A DNA stretch of 64,000 nucleotides. Source: Bigelowiella natans CCMP2755 (Eukaryota; Protista; Cercozoa). The notes beneath the pieces are model-generated. The model saw only the letters and a list, made by a program, of their open reading frames with translations. It made no database searches and had not been told where the DNA came from. The stretch spans positions 1 through 64,000 of the forward strand of contig ADNK01000904.1 in the NCBI GenBank assembly GCA_000320545.1, in the 5' to 3' direction. The position numbers and the translations under genes are program-made. Positions 32,797 through 47,397 of this stretch are shown here, in pieces (positions within the stretch are counted from its first letter, which is position 1; each line of letters opens with the position of its first letter).

Positions 32797-35700
32797 TTTG
32801 TGCTTGTGGATGTATTCTATGCAATGAATATCCAAGATGTGATTCATTTACAGAGGTTTATATTTCTGAGATGGGATGGCGATTAACATTGCTCTCATTG
32901 TCATCCTTATTATTATCATTATGCAATATCGTTTCCAAGTCGTCATTTCGTCTTTCTCGTGATACAACAAAAGCACGGTAAAGTCCAAGAGGTAATAGCC
33001 TCCTAAATACCACAGGTGATTGCAGACGGAGGAAGTTTCGCCCAAGAGGAGAATGAACCTTGGGCGAATTTTTACGATATTTTGGTTCGACATGCCCTCG
33101 GAAACTATCGTGACATCATGCGTGATGTGGCCTACTCGCCAATGATGGCCAACTACCTCTCTTTCCGTGGGAATAAGGCCTTCGCGTAATAGCATTTAGT
33201 ATGATTCAGTAGTGTATGGATCTATTATGGTTTTTGGCACTGCACCATTGAGAGAGGGGAGGGAGAAGACGATGCAGAAGGAAAGATTTAGAGGTAGGGG
33301 GAAAGATCGTATGCACGAACATTATGAAGAGGATAGAATCCAGTTTTCATACGAATATCACTCCATTGTGCTAATTTTTATGCGGTAATTATTATTTTAT
33401 ATGATTGGGCAAACACGGTCGTCGTCAAAAAGATACAACAATAAACATCCCGACGAGAACTTTGCGCGAGAGTTACAGCAGTTATTTTCAATTGGCCTCT
33501 GGCAGCTTAACGACGACGGCACAGTTCAAAAAGACTCACGTGGTACGAATTCAATTAGATATTTCCCCAGAAGGGAGTAGATAATAAACAATTCATTATA
33601 TATAGATGATCCTTAAACATACAATTAGTTGTTCCTTACTATGTGACTCGTGTTGATTTCGCACACGAGATGCAAGCAATTTGAAAATTGAAACAACAAT
33701 GCAGGCGATCCTATACCGACATATACGAACGAGGACATTCAGACGCAAGCAAGAATTTGGACGGGTCACGATCGACAGCAACTGCGTAGCAACACGGAGC
33801 GGCCTAGTGGTACCGACTCGATGAACAGGTAAATCTTTATATCTCTTTTTTACTGAGAGCCAACGGAACTAAGGAGGTGATGGGAAAGGAGATCAAAATT
33901 TGGAGATGTGGAAATTCAGCAGTCTTGCATTTTTCCATCACTGGTGCCATCATGGTGAGACTGTCATCGTCGTAGTAGTTCTCGACTTTTGCCCAACCAC
34001 GTTCACGCAATCATCTATCTCCTCCCACCACTAGAATCGATCCGCTGCAGATCAAGCCAATTTGGAGGGACCCGTTGCCCAAGATGAACCTCTATGGAGG
34101 GCATATTGGCGATGGTTATCCTCTCTGCGAAGACCAACCGCCTCGTCACTGGATGCACCCTGGAGCAAGATTCGAGTCAGAGCTATGCATTATTACATGC
34201 TGTAGTGAATAATTATGAGCATAGTGATATCATGATTGAGATGATGATGAGGATGGCAAGCATACCCCTCCCTTGTTATCGTTGTCTTCTTATCACTGTT
34301 ATCAATCGCAGATACTCCGGCAACTCATCCGTGGAAGGAGATGAGGTCGACAGGCGCGACAGTAGCAGAGGCTGGAACAATTTTCCGCGTCTACGACCCG
34401 CCGTTGGTTCACCGCTCCACTCCGCACTATGCGTTCCGCAACTCGGCGTATGCACGTTCCCGGATGAAGTCGTATTAAATCAGGTCTTTGAATGAGGAGA
34501 TTGAAATACGCAATTTAGATAATGCCATATTGATCTAAGGGGGAATCACCTCCGTACATTGATTTAAAACACGTCATAGGGGAAATGGGCGGCTGTTCTC
34601 TATTATTGTAGTCCGCAGCACCATCCGAATTGATGATATCCTTTCCCAGGAGCTTTCGTGTGCGGGGACACCTAATGCGCAAGAATGCATTGCGGATAGA
34701 ATTGTTGTTGTAGAAGTTGTCAACCCAAACGATTCCACAAGAAGATTCTACACCTATCGCAGAAAAGCGTGCATCACGCTCACTTTCTTCAATAACGGGG
34801 TCAAACCATGCATGAAAATATGTATCTATGAATGTATAACAACTAACGAAATGCTGTCTCACTCACTCACTCACTCACTACTGTAATTTCTCCTCCTCCT
34901 CGTTCTCCTCCTAGATTGGGCGTCGCCTTCAACGTACTACGAGTCAAGTGATGTGTGGAAACCCGAATCTACCAATTGGCCTACCTGTGTGCTGTAGGAC
35001 AAACGGCACTAGAAGGAGGGAGCAAGGAGTTCAATGCCTTTTCGCGAACGAGCGTGTCACTTATGCTACGAATGCTCAACGATGCCAGGTTACTAAATAA
35101 CAGAGAGGAGAAATAAAAGAGAAATTTGAATATTTAAATATCAACTTCACGATCTTTGAATGTTTTCATGTCTCAAAAGGATGGAGCTGAATAGTGTGAA
35201 AGAAAACAATTCCACAATTCAAATATAGCACTCTCATACAATATACGCACAAATTTATTTGGATGAAATCAAATTCAGCATCTAGCTGAGCTTCATTCGT
35301 GTTGATTTCCCTTATTCTCTTCAGGAGCTACGTCAGAGAACAACATCAAATCCTGCCGCCTGTAAGGATCCAAGTCGTGTCGGAGGGAGCGACCTCTCAC
35401 GCAGTTGTGCTCGTAATGGTTATCAATGGATAGACAATGAATGCCGCATAAAAGTGCAGATACTCAGCCCCAGCGGCAAGATGGGCGTCGTTGACGAACT
35501 GGTAATTAGTAGAAAAGAATGGAGTGAGGTGGCAGTAAAAGAAACTCATCACACCAGTAATAATAGTTACCTCGACGCTTAACCTAATCAGGGGGCAACG
35601 GATACCTACGGGGGTATCTGGCGAAAGGACGGTGCGAACACATTTCGGGTCAAGTGGCAGAACGGTGAATTTCCAACCGCATCTACAACCGCTGAGGTAG

Positions 35701-36202
35701 TAGAGTGGCAGCTGCTGCCTAATATAACTCTGTTCAATAGACAACGATGGTGAATCGTAGTGTAGTTGCAGCAGTAGTTAATGTTGTAGTAGCAGCATGG
35801 CGGAAGGATAGATTTATATTCTTATCCTACAAGTGCATAACTTTGCCTCATTGAGATTTCCTCTTCCATTTTTTGACTCTGTCCTCAGGTTCCAATAGGC
35901 TGTGAAACTGTTGCAACCTCCGCAGCTCAGACTCTTGTATGCGACATCACAAGGGTGACGAGGGAGCCTGTTTACCGACTACCGAGCGATCTGCCTTCAT
36001 ATAAAGAGCACATCGAGTTACATGTAGCGGTACCGGGCAGCCCTCCAACAGATGCAACACACAGAGTTGAGCTAGAAAGAACGGACGGTTTGAGAGTTTG
36101 GGTTCCAAGCACGCTTAGGTAACGTGGTAGCCCTTAGCAAGATCTATGCATCTCTGGGAGTGATAAAGGAAGGATCTTATCTAGCAAAGAATGTTTCTAC
36201 TT

Positions 36203-36234
<32 letters not shown>

Positions 36235-38042
36235 GAGAGAACTCCAAATATGTCCACACATTCACATTCCCATGATTTGACAGCGAGGGTTCTGACTGGA
36301 CGACAGAAGTTGTAATTGAGCTACCACCATTCCGCACGGGAGGTCAAAGGCGCTTCTTGCTGAACATGAAGTCGATAGTCTACGTCGGCGATTCATCGAG
36401 AGAGTATGGTTTCAGAAATCCGCCTCATTTCATGCCGCTCTTTGGAAAGTAAGAGGAGCAACGAAAACGTGCACAATGAATTACGTACCTTCTGTTGTGT
36501 CCACATGAAATTTCTATTAACACACTTAACAAACACACCTACACACACATACACACACACACACACCACAGGTATACTCGTAGATATATGGAATGGAATT
36601 CCGATAAACTCTGGCTTCCAGAGGCCAAAGAGGAGGTGGAAGCACTCCTCACGCACTTGTTCGAGCACAATTCCACTGCTCCGTTCATCTGCTACCGCCT
36701 AGCACAACACATGGTCACTTCCAATCCTTCTCCGCGCTACATGCGCGTAATGGTGGAGGCATTCCGAACCGGATATTATCAGGGGATTGGAACTGGAGTG
36801 TACGGCGATATGCAGGCGACAGTCGCGGTTAATAATTATAATAGAAGATAAAAGCCCCAAGCTAGCTACTATCTCGTGTCGTGAAATGATTGAATGAATG
36901 ATGGAATGAGAAAGGACAGTAATGGGTGAGGAATTCTATTAGCAGAGAGCGGGGAGGGGAGTACGTAGCAGTTAACTGTGAGGTCTCTTAATCTGAATCA
37001 ACAATACCAACAACGATAACAAGGCCCTACTGCTGGATCGAGAGGCTCGAAACCCAATCTTAAGTGCTTTCTCCACCTACGGAATGTTAAGAGATCCATT
37101 GTTGAAAATAATTTCTGTGATGAAGGCCCTCGACTACCGAGCCACACACGGCCAGGAAATCGTCATGTAAGGGATGATGATGATGATTATGATGATGATG
37201 ATGATGACGATGATGCTTATACTCAATTTTTACTGTCTTCGTGATTGAGGATTTGCTCTCTTATTGTCCTTCTATCCTCCTCCCTCCCCGCGTGTGATGT
37301 ACTTAACATTCTCTGTTTTACTACCAACTGTATCACCCTTGCTTGTATCATACTTAACGGCAAGCGTCGCATAACTACCTTAGGTACGACTTGTTCGAGA
37401 AAATAGGAGTAGAGGCATTTCGGTCAGGCTCTGTCTTTGGATTCTATGAACCCGACTTCCGACCTGCTGGGGTGATGTCGGAAAAAGGACTTAGTGCACC
37501 TCAGTCACAGATACTTGACGGGCCGAATCTTGTCTCGTGGCTGAATGGAATGTTCTCCCTCGTTGACTACGGACTCACCACGTGTAATGGAGGATTTGCG
37601 TACTGGTCTCATCCACGAGGCCGCTCCTGCCGGTCTACAGTTGCGCGTAGCTATGCTGATGGACATCTCACGTAAGTGAACCATAAAATAATGATGGCAA
37701 TGGTGAAGATACACGCCTGATCATGAACTATCCGATGCACCAGATATGTGCCTCGGAATATTAACAACACTGACGAGGTGATTGGAGATCTCAATCTGCT
37801 GCTTCTCCAAGGCCGTCTCAGCAACCAAACCCACGCGCACATGCGCAGTGATTTTGAGAAGAATAATCGGAACTTCAATCGACTCCTCAAGCTGTTTTTA
37901 CTCTCCACCGAGTTCCATGTAACGAACTTGCTCACCCCCAATACCAAGCAGAAAAGAGCAGATGTCACTGAAATCCCATCGCAGGGGAGACGGGCAAAGT
38001 GCGTTCCTCCTCTATATTTTATATGCACACACACATACACAT

Positions 38043-38093
<51 letters not shown>

Positions 38094-40173
38094 TACGCAC
38101 GTACGCACGCACACACAAGCACGAACATATTGAAGGAGAAAGCTCCTATAGCGTACAAAACATGTGCTGCACACTTGATAATGACATAGATCATAATGAT
38201 ATGTATGGTTAAGATACAACAAGTACCAAAGCATAAATAACATGACACATTAATCGATTTTTGGCTCTGCTCTATACTACACGCTACCTATCGGCCCTCC
38301 TCCACCCTTTCAGATTCATCGTGGTGCTTTACAAGAGCGGAGGTCTCGACTCATTCAACATGATCGTGCCGTTTAGTGGTTGTGGAAGCCATGACCTGTA
38401 TTCGGAGTATCAAAGCGTACGCGGAGCGGATCTCTCCCTTACTGCATCACAGCTCAACCTCATCAATGTCACTCCAGGCACCCAGCCGTGTTCACAATTC
38501 GGTGTGCATAGTGCGATGCCGAAGCTCACGCAGATGTCAGTAGTGATAGTGAAACTAGTAACGAATAGCTCACCTGTGTTTTCAATACATCGGTTCGTCG
38601 CGCTGATGTCACACTGAGAGCTGATGAGTGTACGATGCAAAAATCTGCAGGTACCGCGATAGCGAGGCCTTGTTCGTGGCAAACATAGGTGGGTTAGTGC
38701 AGCCAATGACCCTTGCAGACTACTACGGAACCAGTGGAAACTCGAATATCAAGGAGCCCCCATCCCTCTACTCTCATAACGGCATGACACAAGTACGTAT
38801 GTATCATGCGCTATGACAGCATTATCTATTGGCATTCGATTAACGCCGATGTCGCCCGTACTTAATGTACTCGACATTATTATGTTCTATCTGTTTCAGG
38901 TTGCGTCAAATGGCGATGCGCTTAACGCAAGTGCCACGGGAATTCTTGGGTAAATTATGCTGCTGGAGTGCTGCATCAACTGTTTGTAAACGACAATAAG
39001 AGGAAGAGGGAGTGGTATCCTCAAGCTAGTACGTGTTGCGTACATTTCTACATTTTAGGCGTATCGCCCGCTCGCTTCAAGATCAGGGCTATCGCAGCGA
39101 GGTGATATCGATGTCGGGGAACCGCAAGTAAGATCCAACAACTGATATGCTCTTGATTCTCGAAACAAAGGGCGAGGATATCAGTGTCTTCCCGCTAGCT
39201 CCGAATGCAGCTTTACATGAAATTCTGAGTTTGACGTCTTTGTTGCCAGGTTTCTGGAAGGTTCATTGACACCTTACACAACCATCAATCCAAGAACTGG
39301 CGTGGTTCCATTTCGGCAGTATGCAGAAGTAGCGGATGCGATGGGAAACTTCACCCAATTCGAGATCGAGTCTTCCTACGGAACGACGTACGAATGGAGA
39401 GAATCTATCATGATAAAATCCATGCTTTTGAGAGCTGATCGCCAATATCACGCAGGTACCAATCCAGCTCTTTGCGTTCCATTCGTAAGCTAGAGAATCT
39501 TCATACCGAGCTGGAAAACGTGCAGCTGAACACAACATTCTCTACGCCTACAACAAATAGAATTGCTGAACAATTCCGAGCAATCTCAGAGCTTATCAAA
39601 CTCCGTGGCCGTCTCGGCACGGAGCGTGGTGTGTTCTACGTAAATCATGGCGGCTATGACACGCATGCAAACAATGATATCTCGCACCTGCTAGCTCCAG
39701 TGGACGAGGCTCTTGACCTATTCAAAACTGAGATGGTTGCACAGGGAATATGGGATGATGTGGTTGTAGTGCAATCTAGCGAGTTTGGCCGCACGCTCGT
39801 TGGAAACGGACAGGGTAGTAGTGCTGCTACTTTTTTTAAAAAAAAAGTCAGTTCTTTGCTACGGTGCCTTTAGTCCCTAGTGTACATGTAAGCACATATA
39901 TAGAGAGAGGAGGCGGAGCATAGAAAATGGAAAAGGAGATAAGAGAGCGGAAGTTTGACTAGAGCAAAATATGAGTAGCATAGAGAAGATGATGACGATG
40001 ATGATGAAGATTCCATGGGCCTTGTATCAATATGCAACAAAATAGGTACAGATCACGCATGGGGAGGCAATACTTGGATTGCGGGCGGCGCAGTGAGAGG
40101 GGGACAAATTCTTGGAGAATATCCTACTCGACTCACTCCAGAAATGGATGTTGTCTTCAATTCTAGAGGAAGG

Positions 40174-40210
<37 letters not shown>

Positions 40211-40669
40211 CCGATGTCCTAGAGAGGTTACGATGAAATAAAAATATATCATAATATATGCACCCATACTTATCGTCGTAGTAGTGCACGTCACAGACCG
40301 TTTCGTCTATCTCTAGGCTCTGACATATGATGCTTCTGACGACTCTTTCGCAAATATACAGAACTACATACAGACACATACACACACATGAACACGCACA
40401 TAGTACCTACCCTCGCACGACCATACGCGTATACACCCACTCAAACATATGTCTTTGCAACATGTTTTTCCATCAAGCCTCCCCACATCATTTATACATG
40501 TATAAAGGTGCTGCCGACGCGCGGTTGGGAGTCCATTTGGTACGGCATTGCACAATGGTTTGGCGTTCTACCTACACAAATGGCGGATGTCCTTCCAAAC
40601 GCGAAGAATTTTATGCCACCCCTGCATCCTGTTGATAAATTGTACGACCGGAACGAACTCTTCCGTTAG
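28310..40669 (+). CDS. DUF1800-DUF1501 fusion protein with an N-terminal transmembrane anchor, many exons
   Basis: DUF1800 motifs AARLFQQATFG, DQLRQRVAW, ALGNYRDIMRDVAYSPMMANYL, PDENFARELQQLFSIGL, TAPFICYRLAQHMVTSNPSP. DUF1501 motifs GGLDSFNMIVP, GGYDTHAN, SEFGRTLVGNG..TDHAWGG..GGAVRGGQILGEYP. TM helix IVIGGLAIGTAILLAIILGTVI. Confidence 0.88.
28754..28903 (+). repeat. Coding tandem repeat (GGGQP) x10, 15-bp unit
   Basis: GGTGG(G/A)CAGCC(G/A)GG repeats within the first exon. Confidence 0.95.
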
Positions 40670-41249
40670 ATGACGTAAAAGCGGCTTTATTGAATGTGTA
40701 TAGATATGAGACTAATGAAATATTAGAATTTTTCAATTACCATACAAATGTAGCTTTGCAATGCTAGAATACTGCGGTTACTGTGCAGCGCTTAATTTCA
40801 TTTATTTGTTAATTAATTGTTTCTGCTGTCGTGTCCAACGTCAGCTGAAGGGGGACTGCGTGTAACACATTTGCACATTGCTATGTTTCGCGTGGGCCGC
40901 CCCACTTTTCAACACTTCCACATTCCATGTGCACGCAAGATGTACGTATGCAAACGCCGAACACGTATGATGGACGTGCACCACAAAGCTTACAATGAAC
41001 TATTGTTAATTACACATGCATGCATGTGAAAAATGATGTCTATAATTGTTGTTATGGTGGCAATGCATGTATATACATTTAATCGAAGCAATGATAGCAA
41101 TACATAAATAAGTACACTTAGAGCAGCAAATTATGTGTATGTACTGTGCTAACTAATGGCTGGCTGCTGCGCCTGTCCTGTGTTTGGTTGATCGATTATT
41201 GCAGTTGTGTATGTGCGATATGAAGCGTATCTCCACAACAGATACGCTA

Positions 41250-43336
41250 TTAGTATCCAAGCCATTTCTTGATATTCTCTAATTCAACCTTTCGTGCCTT
41301 TCTCAAAGCTAAACTGTCTCTTGGATCTGAAGATCTTAAATCTTGATGATGCGCTGCTCCTTCAATGAAAATGTGAATGACGGAGTTGTCTGGAGATAGC
41401 TCTTGTGCGTTTTCTGGGACGCCCCCCACCCTCCACGGATCCTTTTCTCCGTCGCTGAATACTATATTTCTTGCGTTTTGCGATATCTGTGCGCCATTAC
41501 CAAACGACTGTCGTAGCCACTCAATTCTTGGCTCCAAGCCACGAAACCGCGTGCGGCATCTCTCCACAACTCCAGCGACCTGTGAATCGGTTTCTATTGC
41601 AAATCCAAGCCCGTCAGATGTAAGAGGTTCTAGAACCATTTCCGCACATGCCTGGTAATTCCAAAGCGTAGAAATGTCGCCAAGTAGTCCAGGAGTAGAG
41701 CCGTTATTGTTGGTCTTGCTGTTCTGGTTACTATTCGCTGCTGCTACCAAGCTTCTAAGTGGTTGCTCTTGACCCAAAAGTTCTTTCGAAACATTATGGC
41801 ACTCCAGACTCCCTGTTGAGTTGACGAAGACGTTAATAGCAGCATTGAGAGCGCCCAGTAGCCGCGCGGACGATGGTCCTGTTGACAAGGAAACATGCCT
41901 TTCCAAAGCCACAGAACATGCAGTTTTCACGGGATTTGCGGGGAGTGGAACCACGAAATCTGCAGCGTAAGGATAATCCAGCATCGCTAGTGTGGCTAAG
42001 CTTCCAAGCGCATAAAATGCTGTTCTGTCTGCATCATTCTTCGTTTTAAGTGGTTCACATGTTTGCATAGCCTTGGAGATTTGTCGTAAACCAGTCGAAG
42101 AGTTGCTCAGGGACGGTATGAGCTGCAGCGCATCCTCAAGAAGGCTTGCACATTTCTCACCAACAGTGGCATCATCATCATCATCATCACCACCGTAACG
42201 ACGGTAAACATGGAGCGTAGCATTGAGGAACTGTTGGGCACGATTCTCTCCCAAGTATGTATCAACAGGGGCCGAGGCTGCAATGGCTCCCCTCGAAAGG
42301 TGAGGATATTTGATGCGAAACCATGCAGCAAGCATCCCTCCGTAAGAACCGCCAAACAGAACTGACTGGCATGGGGATGATAATGACGATGACGAGGTTG
42401 CTGCATTGGACGAGCTGGAAGAAGAAGAGGAACACTGTCAATTACAAAAATAACGACCCATTAGAAGAAGTTGGCATATGATGATGTGGATGGTCATATC
42501 GCCCGGGGGCCACTGAACAGCATCGTCATGTCCCCCTCCTACCTGAAATAGAGTTGGGGTCTGCGAAAGAAACACTGCCATGTCTGCCAGAGCCTGCTCT
42601 ACTGTGAGGTAAACTAGATTTTGAGCAGAGAAACTAGCGTTGCCGAAAGGAAGACTTTGGCCATAATAACTAAGATGTAACAATAGGTTAAATGGAATCT
42701 AAGGAGGGGGCTCATCAGCAGAAGTAATAAGGGATAATAATAATTGTGTATATTCTAAAACTCAACTTTCATGAAAGTTGTTCTTACTCACCGGTGCTCC
42801 ACAAAAACGACCATTGCCTTCAACTCCTGAGCAATTTCGAATATGGCACCTAGAATGTGTGGTAGCACGATTAGAGAAATCACTTTGGGGGGGGGGCTCA
42901 AAAGTAAGTTTTTTGCGATGACACACCCGAGGCGTTGTAAAAATCTTCTATTTTCCCTTCGTTTCCGAAATAAACCAGCAAAGGTCCACTCCGATCTTCA
43001 GTAGTATTATCATTATTCCAGAATCCATCGAAGTACAGATATTTTTGGTCGAAAACGTCATTGCCTGTAAGATCATGTGCATAATGATGATCATATAGCT
43101 ATCGTATGCATTTTTCATGAAGGGAAAAGAAGATAAAAAGAGGAGGAGGAGGAGGGGAGAGGGTTTCAGAAAAGGATGCGAAAACAACCTGTTTTACTAC
43201 CACGGATTGACGACGTGAATCTGAAATGGTCGATCTGGTTCTTGACCACTCCTTCAACTGGCGGGTAGCGCTCCCATATGCTGGTTAAACCACTAGCTTC
43301 GATTATTAATGCAAAAATTCCAACGGCAATGAACAT
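41250..43336 (-). CDS. Serine peptidase S28 (lysosomal Pro-X carboxypeptidase / DPP7-like), multi-exon
   Basis: Signal peptide MFIAVGIFALII, NQIDHF, FVEHR|YYGQSLPFG, YLTVEQALAD, nucleophile motif FGGSYGGMLAAWFRIKYPH, DPW and GAAHHQDL. Confidence 0.93.
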
Positions 43337-43800
43337 GAAGTTGAAAAGCCTGGCTTGTCGGTGAGCGGGGGGGGGTTGGTTGTGTAGTCGGGAGGCACTT
43401 CGGGGTTAAGAAGGAGATCATTTTAATATCGGAGCAATTTACAGGCCAATTTTACCAAAACGATACGAATTATGTCAAGTCGTTCAAATGAAACCGACGT
43501 GATTCGATATTTGAAATACTGTCTTACTTTTTTAACTTCTAACCGCTCGTTTCCGCAGGTAGTGGTGGTGAGCAACATGCATTTACGAGCGCTTCGTTGT
43601 GGCATTGAAATGGAATGGCAGAGGGGCGGGGCTTTCCTTACCATTTAACTAGGCTTGTTTCATGGATGTTTTCCTAGCTTCTTAACTAATGTGGAGCTGC
43701 TTTGTCGTGCTTTTAAGTAAACTTATTCTTTCCCGGCGGGATCGGCGCGACGATTGGGTGTGTTCATGATTGTGCCTTTCATGCAGAACGGGGGGCTATA

Positions 43801-45203
43801 ATGGGACAACGTTGCTCATTCCGGAAAAGTAGCAATGGCGAAGCCGAAGACAAGAACGTAGTCTTGTTTTTCCCCTCTCTCCGCGATATACACAGCATAT
43901 ATACATGCACGTATCTTAGTATACATGTACATATTGTGTATATGACTCTCGTTCGCTTTCTTTTCCGGATATACTTCTGAATGCAATGATAGGTTGAAGA
44001 AACGAAAACCCCACTGGAGTTGGATAGAGAAAAAACTTTGTTAGAAGTGGGAAAACGGTTCCACGATCTTCGATGTCAATTGGATAAGGTGTCGTCTTCT
44101 TCTGAAGTCATCCTGCTTGCAACATGGACAGCTTCGATGCTTATAACATATACCATGCTTTCTAAAGGCTGAGAATCAAGTGAAGCGAGCTGTCGAGCAA
44201 TTTTATTCTCAAAGAGCCGCGAAAATTGCAGCAACAACAGGTGCTTATAATGATTTCCGATCGTACGATTGAGCATTATTGGATTGAGTTCTGTCATGAT
44301 AAAATCAGCGTGCGATGAGAAGAAGGCGATGAACACATTTTCTGAGATGAACAAGGCGGCTAAAATGAATGTATGTTCAAAGCTAATGCATGGTCATCAT
44401 CGTTAACGCCATCATCAACTCCCCCAAACACTGACTCCTCGCTTACACACACATAATAGCCCAAACTTCCTATGATTGGAAGGGCTCAAATGATCGCAGG
44501 ATTCATGAGGCAAAAATTGTTGGGAGTTCCCAAAAAGAATGAAGTTCAGATGGTAACTAGTGTAATAGCCATTGGTGAATCTGACCACTTCTCTGCGTTG
44601 TGTCTGGAATCTAACAGCTTCTTTGCTCTTCCTGCTTCTCTGTTCTTTCTGCATCTAGATACTTCAAATGGCTCAAATCCCAGCTGCCAAAATTGTGACG
44701 GAGAAGGAATTGCAAGAGTACGTTTTCATTGCCTTCTCTTCTTATTTATTTTCTCATTAATCAAGCCCCGACATTTCCCTCCACTACTGCGATGTGAAGG
44801 TTTCGAAAGATATCGTCAGCATCGGCGAAGTTGGAGAAAGCCTTACAGGTGGCTCAAAATTCATTGAAACTCTGAATAGAATACGTAATATAAAATCGAT
44901 CTTCACGCACAGTTGGAAAAGAAAAGACTTAGTTCCGCTACAACGTACAGGAAAAGAATGGAGGTCTTTACTGTTAACATTGAGCTCTTTCATGCAACCG
45001 CTCTACTCTTTAGTTTTACGCACACTTCTTACGTACGACTGCTACTGCCACATTGCCAGTTTTGCACTCCAACAGATTTGTCTGAGCCAAAGCAAACGAA
45101 GATATGTAGGTTAGTAGTTTGGGGGTTAGTGTAGAAGTAGTAGTAAGTAGTGGTAGTAGAGCCACATATAATATAATCAACATGAAATTCTCTTTTATCT
45201 TCT

Positions 45204-45237
<34 letters not shown>

Positions 45238-46275
45238 CACCATGCACGTATTATTCACTAATGTCGTCACCATCTCTTCGTTCAGTTTCTCAGACTTTGC
45301 CATTTCGGTTAACATGGCTCTTGTGGATCAGTTTATAGAACAGAAAGGTGCTAAGTAGAAGAAGAAGAGAGGATGAAAAGAAGACTTTTACAGCATGCTT
45401 TCCCCTTTGTGTCTCGTATCTTCACTAATTGTACTATTGCGCTACTTATTTGTGCATGGAAAGGCCCTGCGTGCGGAGCAGCTTCTGTGGCCACGGCTAT
45501 TAACGTTCTTCTGTCACGTGAGTTATTGCTGCAGAACAAACCAAGGCTAGGACAGGAGGACCTATTAGAATACTATCGAAAGCAGCGGCCAAAGGATTCT
45601 CGTTTTGGAGGTGCAAAGTACCCTCATGTCAAATCAGCCAGCACAGCAGGGGTCGGCAACGCTTTGATATTGAAAGCGCTGAAGCACTTCGCCAAATGCA
45701 CAGTAAACGAAGAGGTGAAGTCCGGCTACTGGATGGGAATTGGACAGAAATGTCGGGTCCGACTCACACTGAGCCAAAGTATTGAGGAGCAAAACACCTT
45801 TCGACTAAGAGCTTGGGAGCAGCTCAAAAACAACTTCCCTCGCTCTGATTCCAAAGCCGAAGGTCGCTCTCCTTCCCGTGTTCTCATTCATCACACCAAA
45901 AATCACTACTCCATCATATACGGCTGGAGAGAGTGGAAAGTACAGCATGGCAGTAAGAGAGGCACAACTGTTCGGCAATGCCTGACAGCCACCTTTCACC
46001 AACGACCAAAGTCGTGGATGCCATGGGACAACATCTGCGACATTGTCGTCAAAAGTAAAGGGTTTTATTGCATAATGTATGTGGAAAGACAGATCTCAAT
46101 GGCCGCATACTTCAAAGCTGCAACCATGGTGGACGATTTGATATGTGCGGAGGGAGGGGAAATAAAACAGGATGTAGGTAGTTGCAGCAGCAGCGACACA
46201 AAACGTAGTAACATTGCCCCTCAGAATTATTTCGAAGCAGCTAGAATAATAAGCTCGACCATGGACGGTACATAA
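43801..46275 (+). CDS. BIVM-like / papain-fold (peptidase C39-like) protein, multi-exon
   Basis: Spliced EQK|GPACGAASVATAIN (Gln plus Cys) and LIHHTKNHYSIIYGW (His). Putative start MGQRCS could be an acylation motif. Confidence 0.55.
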
Positions 46276-47397
46276 CCGTGTGGCAGAGAGTAGTACGTTA
46301 CCTTGTATTGTAACTTAAACAAGTAAGTGTTCGGAGTCATTGTAGCTATCGAAAATATCTGTGCACTTGCCGAAAGTAAGTTGGCCTTCCTCATCGAATA
46401 TTGTGATGAAAATACGGTGTGCATGTATTGACGCATCACCCTGCAGAAACACTGTATATGTACACCAAAACAAACGTATGTCACCGCGCTAGGTCCGCCA
46501 CACTCTCCATAATAAATTTGTTAAAATATGCCATGCATGCATTTGTGTGCGTGCGTGTGTGTGTGTGTGCGTGTGTGCGTGCGTGTGCATATATTGGGAT
46601 TAGCCTTGCGATTTTTGAAGCATGCATTATAACCAACTAGACTGAATGCTACAAAAAAAGTTGCTGGTGACATATAAACACGCAGCATTAGCATCGCTTT
46701 CTCAAAGATGACACAAATAGTCTGAATAAGAAAAGTACCAATAAACACAAATTTAAGCGCTCGCTGTTGCCGCATCTTTACACCGCTACATATATAGGGA
46801 TGACACACAATATAAAAATTAAAATATTCATCACATTGCTGGACCTGTATACGATACGTAGATAGCTTTTTAGTCGAAGGCACAATGAATGCAAGATCGC
46901 CCAATCGCCGCTTACATCGTCGCGTGGTGCACGCATAGAATAATAGACACAGCTGTAGGATATATAATATATACACATGTATATTATATTGCATGTCTAT
47001 CATTAGACAATGCTAGAATGTACTCATGCATGCAATGATAGGTAGCAGCGTAGCTGCAACACATGAATGTGACATTGTCATGTCCCATGCCAGCATGTGA
47101 GATTAAAAAGGCCACATTATTTGCAGAAGCGACGACACCCAAATATGAGCAAATTGCATAGAATAGCTATGCTGCATGTTTAAGCAAAAGGCACTAATAT
47201 AAATAATATACGACAATATTGTATTTTTCTTATTGAAATTGTATATACAATTGTTAAATATTTGCATTCAGATGATGACAGCGATTCTCGTAATACTTCA
47301 GATACTATCGAGTCGCTTTTTAAATGGTTAAGTTGTACGTGGTAGGGCGTTGGAAGTTACCGTCTGCCTTCCAAAGTGAGTCGAGTAGGTTGTGTTA

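Noticed and set aside
10400-47300. Intronic microsatellites ((TAC)n, (CAG)n, (CA)n, (TA)n, (GAT)n) as a special system
   Set aside because: They are ubiquitous across the host part of the window and look like genome background.
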